Shown here: piece after piece, positions 12,316 to 23,200 of the stretch | How the letters are laid out: each line of letters opens with the position of its first letter | Position numbering within the stretch: position 1 is the first letter of the stretch | Origin: Protoeuglena noctilucae | Taxonomy: Eukaryota | Length of the DNA: 64,000 nucleotides | Direction of reading: 5' to 3' | NCBI GenBank assembly: GCA_958009085.1 | Contig: OY253675.1 | Coordinates: 682,001-746,000 of the forward strand | Notes under the pieces: model-generated | Told to the model about the DNA's origin: nothing | The model's input: the letters and a program-made list of their open reading frames with translations, nothing else | Databases searched by the model: none | Program-made: the position numbers and the translations under genes

Positions 12316-14575
12316 GGAATGTGAGAGCTGGTTGCTCACTTGCTTTGCCCCATGGGCTGTCGCGGGCGCGGGTGGGGTGGGCGACGGGGACCGGCGCGGA
12401 CGGTGCGAGGGTGGGGAAGGCGGCGTCCTTGGCGAGGCGGTCGGCGGCGATGGAGAGGTGGCACTCAAACGCAGAGACGATGGCCTCCCGCGTGGCGCGT
12501 CCGGCTGCCAGAACGGCGCCAGTCTCGGAGGCGGAGTGGGCGCCAGGGGGGGAGTTGGAGGGGAGCGACGAGGTCAGCCTGGGGTGGGGGTGGGGGGGAG
12601 GGCTGGGTGGGTGAGTGAGGGGGAGCGGGGGCGATATGCGAGGGGTGGATCAAACCAGCCATGCGCTCCCTGCCGTTCACACAACTTCACTCTCGACCTA
12701 TCCACACGACCGGCACTATCAACCACCCACCTCACTCCCAACCGCCCTCACCACGCCTGCACCGCCGCTCTCACCTGGCCAACCCCCGCCTCTCCAGGAT
12801 GGCCGCCCTGCGCTCGGCCCACGCCCGCCCCCGCTGCCCGAGTGCCTCCGCGGCGATCTGCACGAACGGCAGCCCCGCCAGGGCACTGGGGTCCGCCTCG
12901 CCCTCCCGCTGCAGCTCCGCCGCCTCACATGCCAGGGCCCTGGGGGAAGTGAAAGGGCCATGAATTGGCACAGCAAGGGGTCACCGCGATCCATCTGTCC
13001 AGAGACGGGTGCGGGGAGGAACAGAGCAACTCAAACAAAACTGTTAAGCACAACAGTACCCTACTATGCGCCACACCGCCCACCTCGCGTCGGCCACCCA
13101 TACGGGCAGCGGGTCGGCGGTGACGGTGAGCTTGGCGAAGGCGGCGGCGGGGGGCGGGGCGTCGCTCTCAAGCCCACCCCCCAGGGCCGGCACGCCCGTG
13201 ACCATCGGCTGAGGGGGCGCGTCCGGGCGCGCGCGGCGCACGAGGGTGACGGTGGCGGGGCTGCCGACCGCCGAGGGCTTGGCGACGGCGAGGGACGCGG
13301 AGCGGAGGTCTTTGGCAGTGAGCGGGGCGAAGCAGAGGGGGCACGGGGCGGCGTGGGGGCCGTCGTGGGTGGTGAGGTGCTGGATGATGGAGCTGAAGCT
13401 GAAGACGTGGCCGCACGGGGTGATCTGGGGGCACCTGTGGGGAGGGAGGGCGGGGGGGTGAGGTGGGGGCAGGTTGCAGGGTTGCGCGTGGCGGTGACTA
13501 GTAAATCTTCACTGGGGCAGGGCGGGGAGCAGCTTGCGACTTTGCGAAAGCGCGGGTCGTGGAGTGGCGAGGCACCGCACCTGGGCGGGGTGTCGAGGGA
13601 GATGGGGCACTGCAGGTCATGGGGCACGAGGACCGTGACTTGCGCCACGTCGCCCCAATCCACCGATCTGTCGGGGTCGAGGCCGTGCGCGGCGAAGTCA
13701 GAGGCATCCGACACCTGCGGGGATGGGGAATGACAGGTGCGGATGATGTTTACTCTATGAGGGTGAGGGTGAGGGCAGGGTGGGGCGCGTGGTGGTAGCA
13801 AGGTGCGTAGCAAGACCAGTGAACGGCACGCGGGGCATGGGATGATGGGGTAAATGCGGCTCACAACACGCGGCCAGCCAGCCCCACCAGCCCCGCCCGC
13901 GCTCACCAGGAAGCGAGAGTTGGCGAGGACAAAGAGGGAGCGGTCGAAGGGAGCAGCGGGGCGCTGGGGACGGCGGGGGCCGGAGCGGCCGGCGCGACCA
14001 CCCCGGCGCGCGCGTCCGGCCGCGCCGGCGTTGTCTTCTGCGCGGTAACTCTGGAAGCCAAGCAGGAAGTTGGCGCTGATGCCAGATCCCCGGTTGCGAG
14101 GTCCCCGGGGCGCAGCGGGCGAGGAGCCCGGGCGCGCTGCGGCTTGGCTCGCGAGTTCGTTCGCGAGTCCGCCGGGGCCGGTCACGGCCGGCGGCGGCGC
14201 GGCCGGGGCGCCCGCGGGGGGCGTGGCATTTGAAGCATGGGCGTCGTCAGCACCCGGGGGAGCTGCCGGGGGCGCCCTCAGGGGCTCGCCGCCCGGCCCA
14301 GCAGCCGCGACATGGTCGTCGTGGCTGCCGTGGAGCTCTGAGAAGAGCGGAGTGGTCGCGGGGTTGGTTCGCGGGCCACGCTCAGAGTGCATCAATGGGT
14401 TGGGGAACGGGCCGAAAGGCGGGGGGGCTGGGGTGCGGACGCGCCACCAGCCGGAGGACAGAGAACAGGAGAACGACGAGAGCGGGCGCAAGGCCGGAGC
14501 TGCGGGGCAGGGGAGAGGGTCCCCAGTTCGGATGGCGAATCTCGCTCCTGCGACGCGAGGGACAGCGCCATGCAT
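12316..14575 (-). CDS. RNF10: RNF10/MAG2-like RING-domain protein; 3' part lost in the gap, start codon uncertain
   Basis: Family-like segments ISANFLLGFQSY, FDRSLFVLANSRFLVS, LDPDRSVDWGDV, CPISLD-x-CPQITPCGHVFSFSSIIQHL-x-CPLCF and FAKLT. A donor at ~12349 shows the gene continues into the gap. Confidence 0.8.
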
Positions 14576-15043
14576 CGCTACGCCATCTCATTGCCAACAC
14601 TAGATCCGAGGCGCGGAGGAGCGCGCGAGAGAGGCGTCGTTGGAAACCCTCGGCGAGAGACCCGTCCGTGCACGCCGAGCAAGCGTCGAGCGCGGATAGA
14701 GGACGCCCACTCGTTCACCTCTTTGTCACACGCGTCTACCTTTCAGGCGCGCCGGATGATGGGCGCGGCCACTACGAGTTCGGATATCGACCCGGCCGAG
14801 GGCGACCAGAGGGCGTTGCGAGGGATGACAGTCGGAGCTGCGCGGATCGGCGGGGCCCGCGACGCCGGAAGAGGCGTCTGTGGCTTCCCCGACCCTTGGT
14901 CAGGTCCGTCATCCGCAAGAAGAGCCGGCGAACCGCGTCTGCGCGCCTCACACATCCAATTCGAACCCCCCTCTTCACTCCCGCCCACGGCATCCGCGGA
15001 GGCAGCGAAGGGATACGGCGTGCGGGGTGGGGGGGGTGGCGCC

Positions 15044-16720
15044 ATGTCGTGGCAGCATAGCCGGGGGGGTCGGGGGCGGGGTGGGTACCACGGCGGCAGA
15101 GGGGGGAGGGGAAGGGGTGGGGGCCGGGGCCAGAGCTTGCCAGACGGGATGGAGGAGGTGCATCGCTTCCCCGGGCACCAGCGCAAGTGCAAATGCCTCG
15201 CCATCGACGGCGAGAACATATTCGCGGGGTTCGAAGACGCCGTCGTCAAAATGTTCTCTTTGACGGTGCGCGGGCGCGGACAGGGGCGCGCGGCAGCGGC
15301 ATTGTGCTCCAGCGCAGCTCGTCCGCGGGCCACTTCGGCAATCCTGCTGGCGCTCGCCCGCGCGGGGGGGCTCGGGTCGGTTCGTGTCAAACGCACTAGT
15401 TTCGTGGGCATTGCGGATCGCAGGAGATGATGGAGAAGGCCACGTTCCCGGTCGAGGCGGCGGTGGAGGTCATGAAGGTGGTGCGACCGTTCATGTTTCT
15501 GGGGCTTGCGAACGGGAAGGTCCTGCAAATAAGCTTGGACCCCTCCATGCCGGGGCAGAACGATCTCATGGGGCACAAAGGTGCGTCGCAGCTTGCGGAG
15601 CACACGCTTGGCAGCCATCGCCTCCACCCCTGCAGGCCTCGGCCCGGCAGGCGCGGGCTGCTCTCGCGACGGATGGCGGGGTGGCAGTGCTCAATGTTCG
15701 CCCGGCGTCACCCGGATCGGAGCCCGCGCCGCGACGCAGGGAGCATCTCGATGGTGGCGCTGCACGGCGAGGACCTGGTGACGGCGTCTGCGGACGGGCA
15801 GGTCGCGCGCTGGGTGTACAACCAGGCGACGAGGTCATACTCGACCGAGACGGCGATGGTCGCCGCGGTGGGCGCCGCCATCTACAGCGGGACGGTGCAC
15901 AGTGGGCTCGTGTTCTTGGGCACCGTCGATGGCAGCATCTTGGTGAGCGGACGCGTCGCGATCGCATGCAGTTTTGACCTCTGCGCCGTTTCGCGCCCGC
16001 TGATCCGCGCGCGCGTCGCGGCCCGCGCAGGTGCACAGCGCCGACACGCTGCAGCAGGTGCAGGCGGTCCCGAAGGCGCACCACAAGTGCGTGAGCTCGC
16101 TCCTCGTGCATCCGGAGGGTCTTTTGTCCTCGTGCGTCGACGGCATCATCAAATCGTGGGGCCCGGGGCCCGGCGGAGCCGTGTTGGACCCAAGGCCGAA
16201 GACCGTGCAGGCGCGCGACGACATCCGCTGGCTATTCGCGCATGGCGTCGATATTCTTATCTCCGTCTTCGCGTCCCTCACTCTTCCGCCGCGTCGCCTG
16301 CCCGCAGAATGCCGGCCAGACGCATCCAGTCTACTCCCTGTGCCCCACCCGCAACGCCCAGGGCCAGTGCTTCGTCCTGGTGTGCTACAGCCGGTGGGAC
16401 CCGTTGCTCCTCGAGCTTCCAGGAATCGAGAAGCGCCTGAGGATCAAGGGTAAGGGCGCGCAGCGCAAGTGTGCTCGTGCTTCGTCTTCCCAGCACCGCA
16501 GCTTATGATAAACAGCAAAGCGCCTTTCGTTGCAGACGTTTACGGCCCGCGAGCGATCGGCACGGCTCCCGACCAGGGCCTGTTGGCGTGCGGTTTGGAT
16601 GACGGGACCATCATTCTGTGGCGGTGGCTCGAACCGGGTGCAGTGCCCGTCGTTCAACCAATGGCGCCACACATGGGCTTCGCGGGCCCGGGAGGCTACA
16701 ACGGAGGGGTCGGGTATTAA
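15044..16720 (+). CDS. WD40-repeat protein with an N-terminal RGG tract
   Basis: Starts MSWQHSRGGRGRGGYHGGRGGRGRGGGRG. Six exons join in frame and contain WD-type repeats (FPGHQRK...VKMFS, GHKGSISMV...LVTASADGQVARW, AHHKCVSSLL...LLSSCVDGIIKSW, LLACGLDDGTIILW). Stop TAA at 16720. Confidence 0.8.
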
Positions 16721-17205
16721 CCCAGCACACTTTCCCGAGCGCGCGCGCGCGAAGCCTTGCGGAGCGCTGCTGTGGAGGGGCCTGGTTGCGGCCATGCCCA
16801 GCACCCGCGCCCGCACGGATGTTTGCGTGGATCCTGGCATGCTCGGCGGTGCTAGACGCATCGTTGGTATTCGGCGTCGGCGATTGCGACCGGTGCTGTC
16901 AAGTCGCCGTTTCGCCATGCGATGCACCGCTGCTCTTCTGCTTGGTCCACTTCCCTCATTCCTCTCATAGTTGCACTCGTAGACGCCGACGCCTTGAAGC
17001 TGTGATTCGAGAGACGGACCCCAGCAGCCGTCACAGCTCACGAGTTGCATGCTTGCACCTCTGCACGTCGATGCTGCCCATGAACTATGCCACACCCATT
17101 CAATTCCCGTGGAACCAATTCGCTTCCCCACTTGGCAATTGGCAGCTCAGCGTTGCTTATGATACTCCACCTTTGCAAGTGCCGCAACCATCGCCAGTGT
17201 CACCC

Positions 17206-17385
17206 TCAGCCCCGCTTGGCCCTCTTGCCACCCCCACCCCGCCCTTTCCCTTGCTCCCCGCTCTCCCGCTTCCCACCCCCACCCTCGCCCCGCCCACGCC
17301 CCCCCGCCTTCTCCCCGCGCCCCCCTTTGCCCCTACCCCCTCGCCCACCACCACCACGACCCCTCGCACCCTCACTTGCCCCCTC
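17206..17385 (-). repeat. Direct-repeat copy 1 (~180 bp), a duplicate of the last ~60 codons of the PUF6 CDS
   Basis: Near-identical to 20031-20216 apart from a few substitutions and a 6-bp indel. Both copies begin TCAGCCCCGCTTGGCCCTCTTGCC. Confidence 0.95.
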
Positions 17386-17491
17386 CTAACCCATCCATCC
17401 CGATTTTCCTCTTTCCCACCCTATCTTTGCTCCGTCCCATCCCTGCTCTCGCAACAGCCCGCTACCCTCCCTCCACGGACCCTGCTTGCAA

Positions 17492-19561
17492 TCACTCATC
17501 AGCAACGGGCCAAGCTTCCTTGTCATCCACTGTCAGGTCGGCAATGGGCTTGGGTGTGAAAACCTCCTTCGGCACGTCCTCCTCGGGGAACATGAGCTTC
17601 AACATGCGCCGAGCCGCAAAGTCCGCCAGGGTCTTGACCTGTGAGGCACAAAGCGAGGCATATGGTAGACGACAGAAACGAAACAAATCACACAACAGGA
17701 ATTGGATACAGCTTGCAAACTGACCAGTTGCGCCTTCTTGTCGGATGCACCATGATCCATAGCATTCACTGGGTACCCATACTTCTGCGCTGTGTTTGCC
17801 AGTGATGCCTCGTGCCTGAAGCGCACCAGCACACAGCATGCCGGGTTGATCCGCGCCTCAATGTAGCGCTGCGTCAAGAACGCAAACAGGACGTCAATTG
17901 AATGACATGTCTAAAGTCTCAGGACTGAAAGCAAGCGCCCTGTCAATCCACCTGTGAGGGCAGCGTCAATCCTTGGCCAGCGAACGTGATGAACAGCTGG
18001 GCCATCAGTCTCTCAGCTGCTTGAAGGTCCTCCTTGTCCTGTTTGAAGATGGAGCACTTCCAGCGAGTGTCCAGCCTTGCCGAGTACCTGCTCTCCACCA
18101 GCTGTAGCAGAATAAAGTGGTTTGCCTCAAAATCAGGAAATCAGGAAAGTCATGATGATTTTTTAGCCACGAACAGCATGCCAAAAGCTGATGCACGCAC
18201 CCCCATGAGCTTGACGCGGCACTTTGTGAGGAGATGAATCGTCGCAGTGTTCAACTTCCCCTTGTATTGAGCATGGATGGTGTCTCTCGCACTGCAATAA
18301 CAAGTAGGAGCAGGAGTCGGTCGGAGCAGAGGTGCCAACCTATCCCTAATTCTCAGTGGGGTTCTGTGCTGCAAATTTCGCCCAAGGCAATATGACTCAC
18401 GTGTTGTGCCTCAACGCCCAGTCCGGAAGGCAGCGTTCGAGGCTCCGTACACACTTCCGGGCGGACTGGTCAGGGACGACGGGGGTGAGGAGGAAGTCGG
18501 CGAGGCAGATGACCTTTGCGTTGCCCATGTTTGTGGATGGGTTGACGTCGATGAGTGCGATGTCAAAGGCACCATCGCGCCTTTCCCGGAAACGCTTCTG
18601 GATTTGGTGAAGGACCTGCGGAACAGTAACCGGAGCACTGCACGTCATGACTACAACCATTGCACATCTACTGCTGCTGCTGCTGCTGGCGGCAGCATCG
18701 TACCATGATGCTTTTAAAACGCACCTGTTGCATGGCCAGTAGGGAGCCCGTCGCCAGTTGTCCATTGCTGCCGTAGGCAAGCGTGCACTCCGATGAGAAC
18801 TTTTCAGTCCTCGTGGCCGGGAAGCAGATACAGAGCCCCACCCTTTTCCTCTCCCTTTTCCTCCGTGATGTTTTTGAGGTTGCTTGGGAGAGGTCTGAAG
18901 TGGCTGCTCAGAAGGTTGACCAGGCTGCAGGGGCAAGCTTAAGGCACGTTTAACACCGATTCCACTCCCAGCTTCGTGCTGGCAAACCGGCTGGTCCCAG
19001 CAGCGAGCCACCCTCTTGCCTGGGGCACGTGACCCTGTCGTTCCGCCCATCCAAAACACTGCGCATGGCATCATAGACGGTGTTGGGCTGCGACTCATTG
19101 GGTCCCGCATTGGGATTGTATCTGTTCCAGTTGCCAATTTGGAGAAAGCTCTCGTAGTCGACCTCCTGCGTTATCGCGGGAGTGTGATCCGTAGTCGCTT
19201 GAAGCATGCGAAGCACAGGAAGCGCCAGAATTAAGATGCAAGGCCAGCTTACCTCGACCTCCTTTTCCCTTGGCCGTTTGGGAAGCTCCAAGTGCTCAAC
19301 TTCATTGTTAAGCGCCCTGGGACCCCAGCGGTGCTCCAGCACCGCGTTGGGCGAGCGCATCGCCAGTTCGGATACCGTGCTCTGGGGATCAGCATCGACA
19401 ATGAGGACCCTCTTCCCCAGAGCTGCGAGTGCGTAGCCCATTTTGAGGGTCGTCGCGGACTTTCCGGAACCTCCTTTGAGCGAGTAGATGACGACTTGCT
19501 TGGGCACGTCTCCATCCGCCGCCATCGCCACTTGCTCCACCCTCGCTTCGGACACACCCAT
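17492..19561 (-). pseudogene. parA: ParA/Soj (MinD/ParA superfamily) ATPase with 8 exons and one frameshift near 18805 (pseudogene or sequence error)
   Basis: Deviant Walker A VVIYSLKGGSGKSATT, switch motif VLIVDADPQ, LYLLPGHED, Walker B FDIALIDVNPS followed by ADFLLTPVVPD, and C-terminal SLANTAQKYGYPV. Exons 19561-19253, 19165-19020, 18924-18725, 18615-18401, ~18292-18202, ~18102-17953, ~17867-17724 and ~17638-17492. Confidence 0.8.
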
Positions 19562-20030
19562 CTCTGCGGCGGCCGGCCCCCAATATCCAATCAAAGCAAA
19601 CTTACGTATGGTATGAATGTGTATGTGGGACTTTTGAGCCCCCAAAACAGTGCGATCCAGGTTTGACATGTCGAGGAATCTGCCCCGGGGATCTTCTTGC
19701 TTATTGCTTCAGACGCGCTACGCCCCGGGCCATCCTCACCTTTTGCTCAAACGAAAGCACAGGAAAGACCTCCGCAACTCCAGTCCTCCGTGGAGTTCGG
19801 TCTCTGTAACTTCAGGTTTCGCGAGTATCGGGGCAAGACAAGGAGGTCCTGCAACTAACTCTCTTCGCTACACCCGAAAGACGTCGAGAGTGAGTCTTGG
19901 TCGAGGTCGACAGTCCAGGAAGGCAACGCCAGTCACTGGCATCAGTCGCTGGCATTGTTACTGGCATTTCGCCTCAGTTCAGCTCTATTGCCCGTTTCCA
20001 AACATTGACAACGCATACGACCACAACACA

Positions 20031-20216
20031 TCAGCCCCGCTTGGCCCTCTTGCCACCCCCACCCCTCCCCTTCCCTTGCCCTTGCTCCCCACCCTCCCGC
20101 TTCCCACCCCCACCCTCGCCCCGCCCACGCCCCCCCGCCTTCTCCCCGCGCCCCCCTTTGCCCCTACCCCCTCGCCCACCACCACCACGACCCCTCGCAC
20201 CCTCACTCGCCCCCTC
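20031..20216 (-). repeat. Direct-repeat copy 2 (the real 3' end of the PUF6 CDS, ending at its TGA)
   Basis: Matches 17206-17385. It encodes EGASEGARGRGGGG...KRAKRG*. Confidence 0.95.
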
Positions 20217-23200
20217 TCCGTTGCCACCCTCGCCCCCCCCCTCCGCCTTCCTGCCCCGTTTCACCCCTCCCTGCTTCCCTCCCTTCTGCCCCTCAGACTT
20301 TTCAGCAGTACCCCCCTCGCCGTCCCCACCCCCGCCTTCCCCTTCCTTGCCCCTACCCTCAAACGTCGCAAGCCACGCATCCACGTCACCACCCGGCAAG
20401 CCACGCGCCAGCTCCTGCCGCACCGCTGCAGGGGCAGAGCAAGCGTAAGGTAGTTGAGAAAGCATGGTAAAAGGTTTGAGCGTAGCGTGCATATTGGGGG
20501 GGTGAGGGCGACACTTGACATTACTACCCGATACCTAATACCCTCCCCATCCATGGCTGTGCACCCATGCACCCCTCACCCTTGACTGTCTTCTCGTCCC
20601 CGCACGTCGCCAGCGCCGCCACCACCTTGGCTGCGTGGGTCTTGGCCAAAGACCCCGCCCGCCCCTTCACCGCCACCCCCCACAGCGCCGCGCACAGCGC
20701 CCGCCCGCACCCCTCGTCCTCCGCCACGCTCGCGCGCAGCACGCGCCTGCGTGCCAGAAACAGTCGGGAATTGCCAGATCTAGACGAGCAGAACCCAGCT
20801 GGGAACGGTGCTACTTGCGGCACCCTTTCCGCATCTTCAACCATATCGCACACGTGCAAACCAAAACGGTCACTGCATGCGACACTTCATCTCTCACCGC
20901 AGCGCCCGTGACACGAAGAAGTCCTCCATCAGCTTGCCCCCCTCCTGCGCGCATTCCCCCACCACCGCCTCCCGCACCCCCGCCACCCCATCCCCGCACC
21001 CGCACCCCTCCTCCTCCGCCAACACACCCCCCGCGCCGCCCCTGGCCACTTCCAGCGCCACCTCGCACCCGTGCCTGTCCCGCATCAGCTCCCCCGCCCT
21101 CGCTTGACACTCCGCCACCACCGCCGCACCCAATGACCCCGCTCCACTCCCCAGCAGCTCCCTCCGCCGCAGCGCTGGGTCTTTCCTAGCCACGTAAATT
21201 GCTCCCACGCGCCACCCGCCCCCCTCCTCCCCCTCGTCATCCTCAGCCACACCCAACCCCTCCCCATCCCCGTCATCGCCCCCCTCCCCACCCTCCGGCC
21301 CCTCATCATCCTCATCCGACCACAGCCCACGCTTGTCCTCATGTCCATTACCCTCCCCACCCTCATCTAACGATGGCTCATCGTCAGACCCAGACGGTCC
21401 CTCCCCACTCCCACCACCATCGCTCTCACCGTCATCACCCCCCTCCCTGTCGCTGCCACTCCCCCCCTCCCCGCTCTCCTCCTCCTCACTCCCGCTGTGA
21501 CCATCCCCATGCTCATGGTCATGGTGACTGTGATCATGATCATGGTCGTGGTCGTGACCATGCTTGTGATTGTGACCGTGGTGACTGTGACCATGCTCAT
21601 GGTCATGCTCGTGTTCCTCGTTGCCCTCCCCGTCTGTTCCCCTCGCCGGGTGCCCAATTGGCAACCGCCCCTTCCCCTTCCCCGCCGTCCCCGCCACCTT
21701 CGCCAACTCCGCTCGGTGCCTCGCGATCGAGTCCGCTTCTGCAAAGGACAAGGTATGAGAAGTTCTATTATTGTATTATGTAATCTTATCGACTATGATG
21801 CTGCTGCAGGGCTTAGTGCCGCTCAGGCATAGCAGCTGCACATTAAGGCCAGGCACCCGATCATCCATGCACATTCGCGCGCTCACCCGACACGCGCACT
21901 TCTGCCGGGTGCACCCACTCCTGCATCCACCGCGGCACGTACGAGGGGCAGTCCGGGGCCAGCAGCTGCAGCACGATGCGACGCGCGTGGGGGTGGGTGA
22001 GGGTCTCAGAAAGCACCGCCATCAGCTCGGGGAGGATGGCCTTGCGAAGCAGCTGCAAGGGGGAAGAGGGAGGGTAGTAAGGGAGTCGAGGGGCAGTGAG
22101 AGCATGGCAGTGACGGCACCCTCCCTATCGACATGGGGTGGGGAGCATTGTGTGCCCCAAGTCATGTGCCTTGCATTGCATCACCCATCGCATCACCCTG
22201 CCCCCTCACCTGCGTGTCGTCGGTCATGCACAGCAGCGTCAGAAGCACCGTGTGCCCCCACTCGTCCATGGCCACCTTTGCCAGGTGACCCTTGAAGGCA
22301 CGGGCCACGCGCTTGCGGTCACGGGCAGTGCCGGCTGCCACCACACGGCACGCCACGCGGGCACCGTCCTGAGAAGGGAGGGGTGAGATGGGAGGGGTGA
22401 AGTGAGGGGTGAGGTGTGATGGGTGAGATATGATGGGTGAAAAGGGATGGTTGCGTTTTGAAAAGTGAAAAGTAGGGTGCGATACATGCAACCCCACCCC
22501 ACATGCCTGCCCCTTACCCTGGTGTGCAGGATCCGCAGCAGCTGTGGCCCCGACAGCATCTCCGCAATGTCATAGACCTCCAGAGGCCCCGCGTGGTCCA
22601 TGAACTCCGCCAGCGCCCGGTGCGTGGGTGCGGGGTCCAGGAGAGCCTTCTCGGCTAGTGGCAGGACCTGGGTGGCCAGGTGTTGCATGACGGTGCGGCG
22701 GCGGGGGGGGTCCGACGATGCGAGGAGAGAGGCCAGGCTCTGAGGGGGAGCGGTGGGGTGGGTGGATGGATGAGGGTGAGGGTGGGGGTGGGGTGGCAAT
22801 GAGGGTGGCAGCGAGGTTAAGAGTTGCGTAGCCCCACCAGCAAGCTTGCCGCAGATACCGACAACAGCATCAAGCATCCAATCCAAATCTCATCCCCTTC
22901 AACCCTCGTCACCTTGGGCGCCCCCCCCTCGAACAGCGCGAACTCCGGCCCATAGAACTCGGCCACCAGCGCGTCCCTCTGGGGGTCCCGGAGTTGGGTG
23001 TACAGGTCGTCGACCACAGTGCAGCCGCAGGGGTGGCGCAGCAGGGGCACAAAGCGGCCCTTAAAGGCGCGGGTGAAGACTGGGGAGAATCAGAGGCGGA
23101 AGTGGTGGTGGAGGTGGTGGGTGGGGTATCTCACACATTGTGATAGTCCCCTGCACGGCGACTGCCAAGGGCGGCAAAAGCAAGAGTCGCGAGGTGCAGC

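Noticed and set aside
18804..18806. TGA as selenocysteine or readthrough in ParA
   Set aside because: Reading through stays in a frame that is out of phase with exon 4. A frameshift explains the data better.
17386..20030. Classical transposon (TIR, LTR or Helitron) carrying ParA
   Set aside because: I found no transposase, integrase, RT or Rep-helicase, no terminal inverted repeats and no TG...CA ends. The flanking repeats are host coding sequence.
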